Below, one piece after another: positions 13,523 through 25,704 of a DNA stretch of 64,000 nt (position 1 is the first letter of the stretch; every line of letters begins with the position of its first letter). The stretch comes from Macrostomum lignano (lineage: Eukaryota), in contig NIVC01000003.1 of NCBI GenBank assembly GCA_002269645.1, forward strand, positions 248,001-312,000. The letters are read 5' to 3'. The translations under genes were made by a program, and so were the position numbers. The notes under the pieces were generated by a model. The model was not told the origin of the DNA, made no database searches, and saw only the letters and a list, made by a program, of their open reading frames with translations.

Positions 13523-13994
13523 AGACGGCGATGAGCGAGGTGCATGAGCTGGTGGCGGGAATAAGATTTAACTTTATAGATACGACTCGGGAATAGGGAA
13601 AAACATTTGTCAGTCAACACAGCGTAAAAAAACACGTGCCGCACTGGTTTATTCAGGCCCGGGATGATTTCCTCTCAACAATCGCTAATCCTCCAATCCC
13701 TTTGAGCTGCAATAAAACCGCAAATTCGTGTTTTTTAAGTAGCAAGTAAATCACCAACAATTGTTTCCATGTATCAAGATAAACCCAGCGCTTTTTTCCA
13801 TTTATTATTACTATCAGTAGCGTTTTCAGTGGCTGGAAAACTAAGTTCAAGACAGACAGACGCCTAGGAAAGATTGAAAAATTGATGCAACCGGCCTCCA
13901 GCAAAATGTGCACGAAATGAGAGGGTAGCATCTCAATTTAACTGTCCATGACTTGAGCAACCGGCCTTTATAACAGCTTCTGAGACACTCTGAC

Positions 13995-14520
13995 ACACAT
14001 CTGTGACACGATGACACACCACCGCAGCCTCTATGACTCCCTGACACATCACCGCAGCCTCTGTGACTCCCTGACACACCACCACAGCCTCTGTGACTCC
14101 TGACACATCACCGCAGCCTCTGCATGTGACACGATGACACACCACCGCAGCCTCTGTGACTCCCTGACACACCACCGCAGCCTCTGGGACTCCCTGACAC
14201 ACCACCGCAGCCTCTGTGACTCCCTGACACACCACCACAGCCTCTGTGACTCCCTGACACATCACCGCAGCCTCTGCATGTGACACGATGACACACCACC
14301 GCAGCCTCTGTGACTCCCTGACACACCACCGCAGCCTCTGTGACTCCCTGACACACCACCGCAGCCTCTGTGACTCCCTGACACACCACCGCAGCTTCTG
14401 TGACTCCCTGACACACCACCGCAGCTTCTGTGACTCCCTGACACACCACCGCAGCCTCTGTGACTCCCTGACACACCACCGCAGCCTCTGTGACTCCCTG
14501 ACACACCACCGCAGCCTGTG
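13995..14520. repeat. 30-bp minisatellite
   Basis: TGACTCCCTGACACACCACCGCAGCCTCTG period. Confidence 0.93.
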
Positions 14521-14687
14521 ACACTGACGCTGGCGCTGCCGCTGACAAATTTTCCCATCCCTCAAACTAAAGAGGTTAGTCAATCAATGATAAGCAATGT
14601 GAACTTGATTCACCGTCCTCGAACGGCCAAAGAGGTGACAAAATCTGTTTATTTATAATAATTTCTTGCTTCACAAAAGGCAGTTAA

Positions 14688-16675
14688 TCAAACTTTGAGC
14701 AGCATTCGGATGTACTTTAGCGTGACGTTGCCGCTGAGCGACCTGGAGTCCAGGTACTCCCACCGGATGCCAGACTCGTTGCGCACGTTGGTTTCGAAGA
14801 AGAGGCCGTTTGGGTTGCACTTGCCGCAGCGATTGAACCACCAGCCGCCTGAGCCACCCCTGATCAGGGAGCAGGAGTGGTCCCAGCGGTCATTGTCGCG
14901 GTCCATCGTGGAGAAGGCCCGGCCGCGGCTCTCGGCCAGAGCGTCTCGCTCCACCGAGGACTTGGCCTTGTTGAAGGCCGAGTAGGTCATCGAGTAAGCG
15001 GGCGCCGACCCGACCTTGAAGTTGGTGTACTCAGCGTGGAACAGGTCCTGGTCGAAGGTGGAGCTCCGGTGCCGGATCAGCTCCACCCGGAGGATGCGGT
15101 TGGTCTTCGTCAGCAAGTGCAGCAGCTTGAGGCCTGGGGACAGCCATCGATTTGGAGGTCTGAATCCCGACTGACTGAGGCTCACCCAAGACCCTGAATC
15201 CCGACTGCCTGAGGCTCACCCAAGACCCTGAATCCCGACTGCCTGAGGCTCACCCAAGACACTGAATCCCGACTGACTGAGGCTCACCCAAGACCCTGAA
15301 TCCCGACTGACTGAGGCTCACCCCAGACCCTGAATCCCAACTGACTGAGGCTCACCCAAGACCCTGAATCCCAACTGACTGAGGCTCACCCCAGACCCTG
15401 AATCCCGACTGACTGAGGCTCACCCCAGACCCTGAATCCCAACTGACTGAGGCTCACCCAAGACCCTGAATCCCAACTGACTGAGGCTTAACCAAGACCC
15501 TGAATCCCGACTGACTGAGCCTCAACTCACCCATCCAATAGTCGTCGCGGGGATCCCCAAAGCCGGTTTCATAGTCGGCGAAGGGCCGCTGGAAGCTCAC
15601 TCTCCCGCTGGACCGCTGCTGGACCAGGAAGTACAACTGGCCGTCCACCTCCACCACCTTGGTGTGGTTTTCCGCTGCCGGTTCGGGCGCCGCCACACCG
15701 GACCCCAGCAGCTGGCCGCCCTGCAACGGCCGCAGCAGCTCATTCTGGCAGGCGAACGGGCCGGCCGCGACCAGACGGACAGAATTGCTGAGCATTGAGT
15801 ACTCCTGTGAGCTCAGCGACAGCCTCAGCCTTTCGAAATAAATGCTGGGCTGCTTGGCGATGCCTTGGCTGGAAGTGATCGAAGCATGCAGCTGTTTTTA
15901 AGCGGCAGACATTCCAAGCAATGAGTTTGGCAATAACCCATTGCACAGTGCACTGACGTCATGGACATTCTATTGTACATTGTGTCCCTTTGGTATGCGA
16001 ACCTCTGATTCAACTGGTTTATTTTAACGCCTCTCCGGAATTTTAATTCTGTCGCATTTCAGTTTTCAGAAAGCAGTTTTTTATCCCCGGTAAGACCAAC
16101 CTCATGTCGCGGCAGTGGCTCTCCGAAGTGCAGTAGGACCTCAGCAGCAGGTAGGTGCGGCCGCCAGCAACGCCGAGCCTCTTCTCCAGTTCGGCTTCCA
16201 CTGCAGCGCTGTCAGTTGACAGCTGGAATTGGATCGCGCCAATGTTCATGAAGTTGACGGATGTCGGGAACAGATCGTGCAGCCGCCGCTTGGCCTTGTC
16301 AGCGAACGCCGGGTCGGCCAGCAGGACGGGAATGCGCAGGAAGTGGCGCGACCTGGCGTAGTCGAAGCCCGGACAGAGCAGCTGCTCCATGCCCGGCCGC
16401 CAGCACAGCAGCGGCTCCAGCAGGAAGCTGGCCTTGCTCAGCTGGGTCTTGTGCACCGCCGCCTGGCAGCCGTCAATCTCCAGGACTCTCAGAGCCTCTC
16501 TGTGCACCGAGCTGTTCACCGAGGCTGACACAATCGATATTTCCTGGCTGATTGAAATCGAGCTCACGGAGCTGTTGACTCCTGCGGCTGTGAGCTGCGG
16601 CTGAGAGCAGAGCGCAACCAGCAGCAGCGTGTAGCAGACTGTCAGCACCGAGAAGCCCCTAAATCTTGAAGGCAT
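14688..16675 (-). CDS. Secreted fibrinogen-related (FReD) protein with an uncharacterised N-terminal domain
   Basis: Signal-peptide-like start at 16675. Exons ~16101-16675, ~15531-16004 (needs a small intron or frameshift to join frames) and 14688-15133. FReD motifs VQQRSSGRVSFQRPFADYETGFGD, YWMGL, FSTMDRDND, GGWWFNRC, CNPNG, GIRW. The FReD part is secure; linkage to the upstream exon is inferred. Confidence 0.8.
15165..15520. repeat. 34-bp minisatellite in FReD intron
   Basis: CTGAATCCCGACTGACTGAGGCTCACCCAAGACC, about 10 copies. Confidence 0.95.
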
Positions 16676-17280
16676 GCTTAACTTGGCTGCTCTGCTTGTG
16701 AAGTTTTAAGCTGACTGAGCTGATGAAAAATGTTTTGCAATCCGCCCCTGGTGCACCGCATTTATAGCGTTCGAATTTTAGCAGACATCGCAAACGGAAA
16801 TCAAAATTTCCTTAACTGGCGGTGATTGAATTCTGTTTATGCAAGATTCAAATTACGCCAGCAGGCTGTGCTTTTACGCCCAAAATTGCACTGCAATATA
16901 CATAGTTTGCTATCTTACCTGTACCTGTATCTACCGTCTATATGTGAAAGTGTGTGACTCATTCGCGAGTCAGTCAAATTTGGTGGAACGCGCGCTGTTG
17001 CATCAAGATTTGGAAATCATATCAGTTAAATCTGCATGTGCAGCAAAATGTAGAATAATTGCAAAATAAGGTCAGTTTCAAGCATGAAATTTTTCTATAT
17101 TCCCCTCCATTAGAAGCATAAACTTCTCATGCTGATCCCCCGTTCTAATTTTCAATAAATAAATAATTCGCTATCTCTGTATTCTTTAGGATTAACATTT
17201 ATATTTTTATATTATGAGGGCGAATTTAAATAGCATAGGCTATGGCTATAGTATCTGACTTTGCTTGACTTTGCCGCCAG

Positions 17281-17575
17281 GGGCATCGACCAGCGGATGC
17301 AGTGAGGAGGCGGAGGAGACCGCCCATCCCCTGGTGTAGCGACCAATGACTTCCATCGAATTAAGTCCCGTCGTCTCGCCTGCAGCGCGGTCCTCCTCAC
17401 CGGTGATGGGGAAGAACTCAGCTCGTCCGGGCAAGCAGCGGTCAAGGACAGCTAAAGCATATACTCAAGTAGTCCTTGGAGCGGTATGCTCTCTAGTCTG
17501 CAAACGTCGGGGTTTGGCCCCGAGTGAATCTGGCCCTGATGAAAGACCAGGCAGCTCAGTGGCAGACTGAGTGCT
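17281..17575 (+). promoter_or_regulatory. GC-rich, potentially structured putative 5' leader upstream of SAMDC, with uORFs
   Basis: Several complementary segments visible by eye; ATGTAG at 17581, ATG at 17600 and a donor-like CAG/GT at 17624. Confidence 0.35.
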
Positions 17576-18194
17576 TATACATGTAGCGTTTTAACTGCTA
17601 TGAGCGATGGGCAACGCTCCTCAGGTACTCGTACGTGACATTGAAGGAAACGGTGGTATTTAACTGATTACTTTGAACAAATTATTATATTTGCTTATTT
17701 TCATGCTCAAATCTATAGAACTAGATATCTATCTATCTATCTATGTATCTATCTAGCTGTACACACACTGGATCATGTACATTGAGAGATCGAATAGTAA
17801 TTTGTTCTTTTGTTGCCACAAGTCTTGGTTTGGCCCTATTATCTTTATACCGTAAGTATGTAAATTCTTACAAATTCATTTTCATAACTTAATTGATAAA
17901 TGTCTACAAATTTTGATTTTTATCTTACTAATAGTTAATATACAGTTCTTCCTACATGTGTCGTCAAACACGCTGTTTTGCTGGCTTGTATACAAGAGAA
18001 GGGATCAAAACTTGTATACAGATCATTATTTAGTAAAATGAAGCATTTTTGCCGAATATATGGCAGGTTGTCAATGTTTTTATGTTCAACTTGTTTAAAT
18101 GATTTGCAAACTGTTTTTAAATATAGTAAAAATCTAAGAACGCGAAAATTAAGTATCGTGGCATATTACGTGCTGCGTGCTGCGTACTAAGCTA

Positions 18195-20466
18195 ATGGTA
18201 CGTTTTCAAGAAGATTTCGCAAGCTCCCCTTCGTCTTCGGAGATGGGATCAATTGTAGATCCAATTGTCGATAAGCCTTTTGAGGGAGCTGAAAAGCTGT
18301 TGGAGATTTCCTTCCAAAGGCCTCGTCGGCACATTGCTAAATTTCGGAATGGAAGCTATGCAGCGAATAGAATGAAGCTTGTCGAGAATGACTCTGAGCC
18401 AGAGATAAACTTACTGCGCCTTCGCAGGTAATTTTCATACCATGATTAATTGCACACAAACAAGTAAATGAAAAACGGTAGACTAGCCCTAAAAGGAATT
18501 CAAAATTACAAAAGTTTCATATCATAGTTCTTTAATTTTATTAGCTCAAAATGATTAGATGCTATATAAAGCAAAAAAATGGTATAAAACAGATTTTAAG
18601 GAGTAAGTTTAGTTGGTGTTATTATAATTAGGATTTCAAGCAATCAGTTTCTAGTTCTCATATCTTTTATTCTAATTAAAAACTGTGTTGCAATTTCTAC
18701 CAGGGGCCTAATTTTATCAGTTAAGAGACTTATTAAATTACTAAAAAAAATTTAAACTTCTATGCAAACATACATGTGCAACCTAGGGATTCACCCGGCC
18801 GTTTCTATTGGCAACACACGCATGTAAGTCGCTATTGGCTGAGAGCAGTCACGTGACTACTATTCTGTCCAATAGCAACTTACATGTGTGTGTTGCCAAT
18901 AGAAATGGCTGGGTGAATCCCTAGGTTGCGCCCAAGCATGTATGCAAATAAAATATTTTTGTCTTCACTTATGAAAATTATCATTGATTTTTTGCCTTTT
19001 CTTATTGTAGGCTTAGCTAGCTATGCCTATAGCTATCAATAAGTATTTTAGTAGCAGCTTTTCACTTTAGAAGTTTAGTAAGTAATATTTTCTCTTAGAA
19101 ATTTGTAGTTTCTGTTTAGTTTAACAATGAATACTAAATGGGTTCAATGGAAAGATTGATGCATTTTAATGGATAAATGATAAATTATCAACTAAGTAAA
19201 TAGTGCTATAAATTAATAAAGCAAAAATAAATAGCTCGAGTTATACTTTTAAGTGCTAGTATGCAGCCAGCTAAAATAATTGTATTGTGTAGCTGCTCAA
19301 GTTATAAGTCTATTGCATTGGCCCTATATTGGCCATAATAATTGACAATTGATTGAATCTACCTATTCAATTGATCATCAGAGACTATATTAGAGAAAAT
19401 ATGAAGTTATAAAATTTTATGTCTATTTATGTAGTAAATAGTAGCTTTCTAAGAAAATAATTAACTGCACAAAAGTAAAACATCACCATAATTTTTTCTC
19501 ATAATAAGGCTATTGTATTATAAGTATATTTAGGTCTATAATGTAAATATTTGTCATCATTAAATGATTTGATTTAAAATGCTATTCAGTAGCATTATTT
19601 TCTTTGAAATTTATAAAAACTATCTTTTTAATAGTAAGTATAAAACTTATCAATAAATATGAGGTTATATCTAAATTACTTTTTTCCTCCTTTTTTCATC
19701 TTATTAGCATTGACATTGTATAAAAATCTAATTTTATTTCATTAAATGAAAAAAAACATGAATGATAATATTGATTAGCTAACTTTGTATTTTATTTATT
19801 TTAATTGAATTGAGCCAATATAATAGGTAGTTTCATTATTCTATTAATCTTAAAAAATTGGTTAAAAAACCAATAAATATTTTAATAGGCCTTCAGGAAT
19901 AACAAAGATGTTTAAAGATATAATTAACTTGGTTTAATTTAACAAAGCTAATCATAGTTATAATTTTTATGTTTTTAACTTGTGATTTAGATGATTAAGG
20001 TAATAATTACAATAGAAAAAAATATTTTTGAGTAAATTTGCAAGTATATTATCTCTATTGAAATGTATTCTTTTATTGTTCTAGACAACCTATGTAATTA
20101 TACAACTGGGTTTCTTTTTTAGAGATGATGTTGAGAAGATTCTGGACAAGGTGAACTGCAGCATCTTGAATGAATGTCGCTCAGATCAAGTCACTGCTTA
20201 CCTGCTCAGGTAAGTCCGGTTTTTGGTTTAAATTTACTTTAAACTTTTTACTTGAATATTCATTTATTGTCTGCATCAATCTGTCTTTCACAGCGAGAGC
20301 AGCCTGTTCATCTTTGAGGACAGAATGATTGTGAAGACCTGCGGCCAGACCAACCTGCTGAATGCTATCGAGGATTTCATTGGACTGGGAAAGAGCGTCG
20401 GGTTTGATTCTGTGGCTGTGAGTTGCCTGATTGCTCCACCTGTTTGTTATGTGCCTAGATCTATCA

Positions 20467-20514
<48 letters not shown>

Positions 20515-23459
20515 CCCCCGACACAGGAGGTGTTCTATTCGAGGCCGAAGTTTCTGAATCCGGACGAGCAGCCGTTCAGGCACCAGAAGTTCAAGCGCGA
20601 GACGGAGACTCTGCTGAACTATTTCGACAAGGGCCTGGCTAGGGTGCTGGGCAGCACTAACTCGGACTGCTACCATCTGTTCTGCTTCTCCCGCAACAGG
20701 AGCCCTCGCCGGTCCAACTGCACTGTTGAGGTGAGCCCTGAGGCCCTCTTAGTACCTCTGCTCTGACAGCTCCCGATCGCCAGAATAATCAGCTTTTCTT
20801 CCCCTTTACCTTCCCCCCATTCCCGCCTGCAGGTGATCATGAACTCGCTGGACAATGACAAGCGGATGCTGTTCTTCAAGGAAGGCGACAGGACCGCCTC
20901 GGACGTCACCAAGGTGAGCATCGAGCATGCGCCAGTTTATTAACTGAGCTCTGAATTGGCTCAGGCTGTTGCTGCACTTGTCAAATCTGATACTCTCCCT
21001 CCCGCAGTCTGCCGGCATCGCGGATTTGTTCACCAACTCTAGCGTGATGATCGATGACTACCTGTTCGAGCCCTGCGGCTACTCGGTGAATGGCATTATC
21101 GACCAGGTTAGTTGCTTAGTGGCGCTTCTGCCGTGTCTCTGTTGTATCGCAAATATTAATTGGTTATTGATAATTAATGCAAATTGTTTGCACCTGCTGT
21201 AAGTAATTTCTGGAGAATGCAAGTTGTTTTTTAATCTGTTTTTTGCATGCAGTGTGTATGGCTGTGTATGATTTCGCGTGATGACTCACGCAATGGGGAT
21301 TTGTTCATCAATCGATACAATGGATGACTCAAAAGTAAAGACCCGATACATTGGCATGATTAGTACAGTGTGAAATAGTATAGACTGGTTGGTTTGGCGT
21401 CAGCTCATCAAATTCATTCTTGCTAGTGTGCGGATCTGCAGCGGTCTATCAGGCCGGCAGTAATATAATAATTATATTTATTTATTACACCTGCCCCAGT
21501 TGGATCAGATGTGCAACCGACAGCTCAGCCGCAGCTATTACGCGGCACGTCTGAAGGCGGCGTACGGCTGTTCAGTCCAGGGACTTGGGGGGAGGGGGGT
21601 CGCCACACACAGCCTCAATTACCCCAGCTAATGCTGGTACCGATTTTTACAGCTGGGTGAGCTGAAGCAATGCAGAGTTAAGTGTCTTGCTCAAGGACAA
21701 AAATTGTTCCGAGTGGGTCTTTCAGTCGTGAGTTCGACGCCCCTCGCTTCCTCCCTAGACTTTGCCTTTCGCTAACCAGCCAGGTTAATTTGGCGCAGTT
21801 GTGTAATTCAGGCCAATTATCGGGCAACTGCGGTCACCGCGTCTGCGACCTTTGCTCGGCCTGCAACAAGAGGCGGCTCGTTTCGTGAAGCTGTGACGTC
21901 ATTCGGTGTAATCTGTGCGGGCATTTGCTGCAGAAACTCGGCTGTGCTTCACCGAGTGCGTCAGCAATTTTGATAAAACCTGAATGTCTGCCGCGGGAAG
22001 ACGTGGATTGAAATCTCGATACTCCGCCAGATAAAACAGATTATTCTGGCTTGTCAGAGAATTTTACCGCTTGTGCAAATTTCCATGACAATGGGCGCCT
22101 GGGCACCTGCAACTATGGGAGGCTGTTGTCACAGCCAGTGCCGCTAAAGTTCACAGAAACTACAGGGGCCCTGTCACAATTGCAGCAGACCAGACCCGAT
22201 TCACAAAATAGTTTTGCCAATGGTTGGTCATAATTGGTCTTCAAATTGGTCATCGCCAACCAGAGATGGTCATTGCCAGCTACAAGCAAATGCTTTGCAT
22301 TTCAGAAGCGCTACTTCACTGTCCACGTGACCCCGGAGAAGTGCGCCTCCTACGCCAGCTTCGAGACTGACCACTGCGAGAACGCGGCCGAACTGGTCGG
22401 CAAGGTGGTGGCCATCTTCCAGCCGAGTCGCTTCATCGTTACCGTCATTAGCGACGAGGTGAGGATGGCGGCCTGGGGAAGCCGGGCTGACGGGATCTGT
22501 ACAGTTTTGTCTAAGACCATGGACACCGAGTCATTCAGGCTGACATTAGACAGATACTGAGGCATTGATACAAACACAATCACATTAAAAACTCAGACGC
22601 TGAGACACAGACATTGAAAACTGAGACAGTCATTAAAAACTGAGAAACAAAGACAAAAAACTGACACACAAAGACACTAAGACAGTAAAAACTGAGACAC
22701 TAAGACATTAAAAACTGAGACACTAAGTCATACAAAACTGAGATACTGAGACATAAAGACTGAGACACTGAGACATAAAGACTGAGACACTGAGACATAA
22801 AGACTGAGACACTGAGACATAAAGACTGAGACACTAAGTCATAAAAAAACTGAGACACTAAGTCATAAAAAACTGAGACACTAAGACATAAAACAACTGA
22901 GATACTGAGACACTAAGTCATACAAAACTGAGCCACTAAGACAAAAAACGGAGACACTAAGACACTAAGTCATAAAAACTGAGCCACTAAGACAAAAAAC
23001 TGAGACACTAAGTCATAAAAACTGAGCCACTAAGACAAAAAAACGGATACACTAAGACACTAAGTCATAAAAACTGAGCCACTAAGACAAAAAACGGAGA
23101 CACTAAGACATAAAAAACTGAGACACTAAGACAGTCATACTTAGTCTGACGCCATTAAAGTCCAACCAAGGCTCCCTGTGCCCCCCGCACTGCAGAGCAG
23201 CCACGCGGACGTGCACGGCCAGCTGCGCAGCGCCGACCTCGTGGCCGGCTACGAGCGCTGCGAGTTCCAGTTCGCCATGTTCTGCCACCAGACCGCCACC
23301 TTTGCCCGCTTCGAGAGCCGCCGGCTTGCCGGACCTCCGCCAGACGATGGCGCCGCCTTCGTCGCTGCTGCCGTCTTGGAGACCGACGCCAGCGCTGGCG
23401 ACCCGTGCGAGCCGGATCCTCGCGACGTCTGGTGCCAGGGCGAGGGCCCGTACTTTTAG
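18195..23459 (+). CDS. AMD1: S-adenosylmethionine decarboxylase proenzyme (~414 aa)
   Basis: Exons 18195-18427, 20123-20209, 20294-20417, 20527-20730, 20833-20913, 21008-21106, 22306-22458, 23196-23459, phase-consistent. FEGAEKLLEI, AYLLSE/SSLF (pyruvoyl cleavage site), KTCG, FEPCGYSVN, TVHVTPE, YASFETD. Confidence 0.96.
18769..18944. mobile_element. Palindromic MITE with CATACATG(T)GCAAC termini in SAMDC intron 1
   Basis: About 60-bp inverted repeats; flanking TATGCAAA duplicated (8 bp, overlapping the right terminus); same terminal motif as the element at 36849. Confidence 0.8.
20459..20513. repeat. (CTAT)n microsatellite
   Basis: Direct inspection. Confidence 0.95.
21630..21705 (-). mobile_element. 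CORE-domain-like SINE remnant in SAMDC intron
   Basis: Minus strand TTGTCCTTGAGCAAGACACTTAAC...CAGCTGTAAAAATCGGTACC resembles the CORE-SINE consensus CCTTGGGCAAGTCACTTAAC...CTGTAAAATGGG (recalled, not searched). Confidence 0.5.
22590..23130. repeat. Degenerate ~21-23-bp minisatellite (AAAACTGAGACACTAAGACAT-like)
   Basis: Fills most of the last SAMDC intron. Confidence 0.88.
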
Positions 23460-24227
23460 GGACTCGGGGGTGGAGCGGCTGGGATTCTAATCCCCTCCGC
23501 CCCACCCCTATGCGTATCGCGCCGGGCGGCCGCCACCAAGCCGCCCAGTTGCCGCCGCTGCTGCATCCGCTGCGGCCAGCCTCCCCGCCGTCAGCTCGTG
23601 TCCGCCGCCGCCTCCCCCTCCCCCGGCCCGACCGCAGCCGCCAGCCCAGTGTTTCTGTGGGTGTCGACCCGCACCAGACGGAAGCACTGGGCAAGGGCGG
23701 TCTGGCACACCAAATGCTGTTGCTAATCTGCTTTATAGTTGCCTAGCCCGTAGCTTCTTAGACTCTGTCGTATTTTATAGTTTTATCAAAATATTTATAA
23801 GTCATTTTCACTAGCCTAATTTTTTCTCACGCTTTGTTATCTCGTATTTGTTGTTGTCGTCTGCGCAGCGGCACGATTTTCAGTGGTTATCCAGTTGCTA
23901 TGCGAAGCTTCTGCACGCTATTTCGACGGCAACATGGACCTGCAGTTTTTTGTTTGTTTGACCACTAGCTCCTGTGCACCTTTTTAATACCTGCCTCTTC
24001 TCAGGCGCTTTTTCATTTTTTGATAGTTAAGTTTTTTTCTGTGTTTTGAGCGTCTTTCTGTTGGTTGTTTTTTGACGGAGTTGCCATCGAAATTGTTCTG
24101 CTTTATTTTTGGTTTGCTTGCGAGTTCGACTTTTTGATCGGTGAGATGCCCTTGCCAGTTGGATTGCTTATCACCTTTTGTAGAAATGCTTTCTTTTTTG
24201 TATCGCATCAGTTGTTTCTCAGTGGAT

Positions 24228-24912
24228 CAGTGGAACCCATCAGTGGAACCCACAGTCTGGTACAATCGGAACCCACAATCTGGTACAGACGGAACCCACA
24301 GTCTGGTCAAAGCGGAACCCACAGTCTGGTCAAAGCGGAACCCACAGTCTGGTACAAGCGGAACCCACAGTCTGGTACAATCGGAACCCACAGTCTGGTA
24401 CAGACGGAACCCACAGTCTGGTACAAGCGGAACCCACAATCTGGTACAGACGGAACCCACAGTCTGGTCAAAGCGGAACCCACAGTCTGGTACAAGCGGA
24501 ACCCATAGTCTGGTACAATCGGAACCCACAGTCTGTACAAGCGGAACCTACAGTCTGGTACAAGCGGAACCCACAGTCTGGTACAAGTGGAACCTACAGT
24601 CTGGTACAAGCGGAACCCACAGTCTGTACAAGCGGAACCTACAGTCTGGTACAAGCGGAACCCACAGTCTGTACAAGCGGAACCTACAGTCTGGTACAAG
24701 CGGAACCCACAGTCTGGTACAAGTGGAACCTACAGTCTGGTACAAGCGGAACCCACAGTCTGTACAAGCGGAACCTACAGTCTGGTACAAGCGGAACCCA
24801 CAGTCTGGTACAAGTGGAACCTACAGTCTGGTACAAGCGGAACCCACAGTCTGTACAAGCGGAACCCACAGTCTGGTACAAGCGGAACCCACAGTCTGGT
24901 ACAAGCGGAACC
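24228..24912. repeat. 23/21-bp minisatellite (GTACAAGCGGAACCCACAGTCTG)n
   Basis: Clear period. Confidence 0.94.
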
Positions 24913-25704
24913 CTTATCTTTTCGAAATAAGTCTGGTTCTATCCTGTACAGATGGGAAATGAATCGAAGGCAAACAGAGTTCCCTGCGTGATACAAAAAA
25001 GAAAGCAGGCGTTTGAACAGCGTATCCCATTTTTTATCATATTTTCTGAAGCAGTCAGATAGAAAATATTTTTCTCTTTAACTGCCACATTGGAGCTGAG
25101 AAGCCGTGGAATTTGATTCGTGCCACTGTCGGGAACTATGCCAGAAGTTTCTGAAGATCTGCATCTTTGATAATAGCGAACTTGGCACAGTTCCAGGGCT
25201 TCTCGCTCGCGAAGAATTCGAGTAGCAAATGATCTATTCCTTAAATTAATTATTTAACCGAGAACACTCGATTTAACAACTAGCGAGTTTTATTGTTGAT
25301 TTTGCACAAGCCGCGAGTCCCTGGGCAGCCCGGGGGCTTCTGCTGGGCTCTGCTGCTTCCTCTGCCGTGTTCACTTTTTCTCCGCGATAGACTAGAATTT
25401 TCGCATCGTTTTATTCTGTTTTATTGGCAACGAATACATCAATATTAAACTGCTTTGCCCTCCCGCGGCCGGCGAAAGGCACGAGTTGATGAAGCGGCGG
25501 TTGCAGTTCCATATAATTCATTACCGCTTCGAGTTCTTTGTTCATTTATTAATCAGCTTTGCTTACAAAAGAGAAGTAGGTGTTAGTTAGTCATTCTAAA
25601 GCCTTTCCTACCAATTTTAATCGGAATCGGCACTCGAATTCCACTGAGACTTGAGAACTGCCTTATCCAGCTTTGAAGGTGAGCATTCTCCTGGCCAATT
25701 TATA

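Noticed and set aside
17536-17545. Hammerhead ribozyme (CUGAUGA core)
   Set aside because: No stem II followed by GAAA, and no NUH cleavage triplet geometry
17281-17575. RNase P/MRP, U3, 7SK or telomerase RNA
   Set aside because: Conserved CR-I/CR-V, the U3 5' domain, 7SK GAUC repeats and a CUAACCCU template were not found
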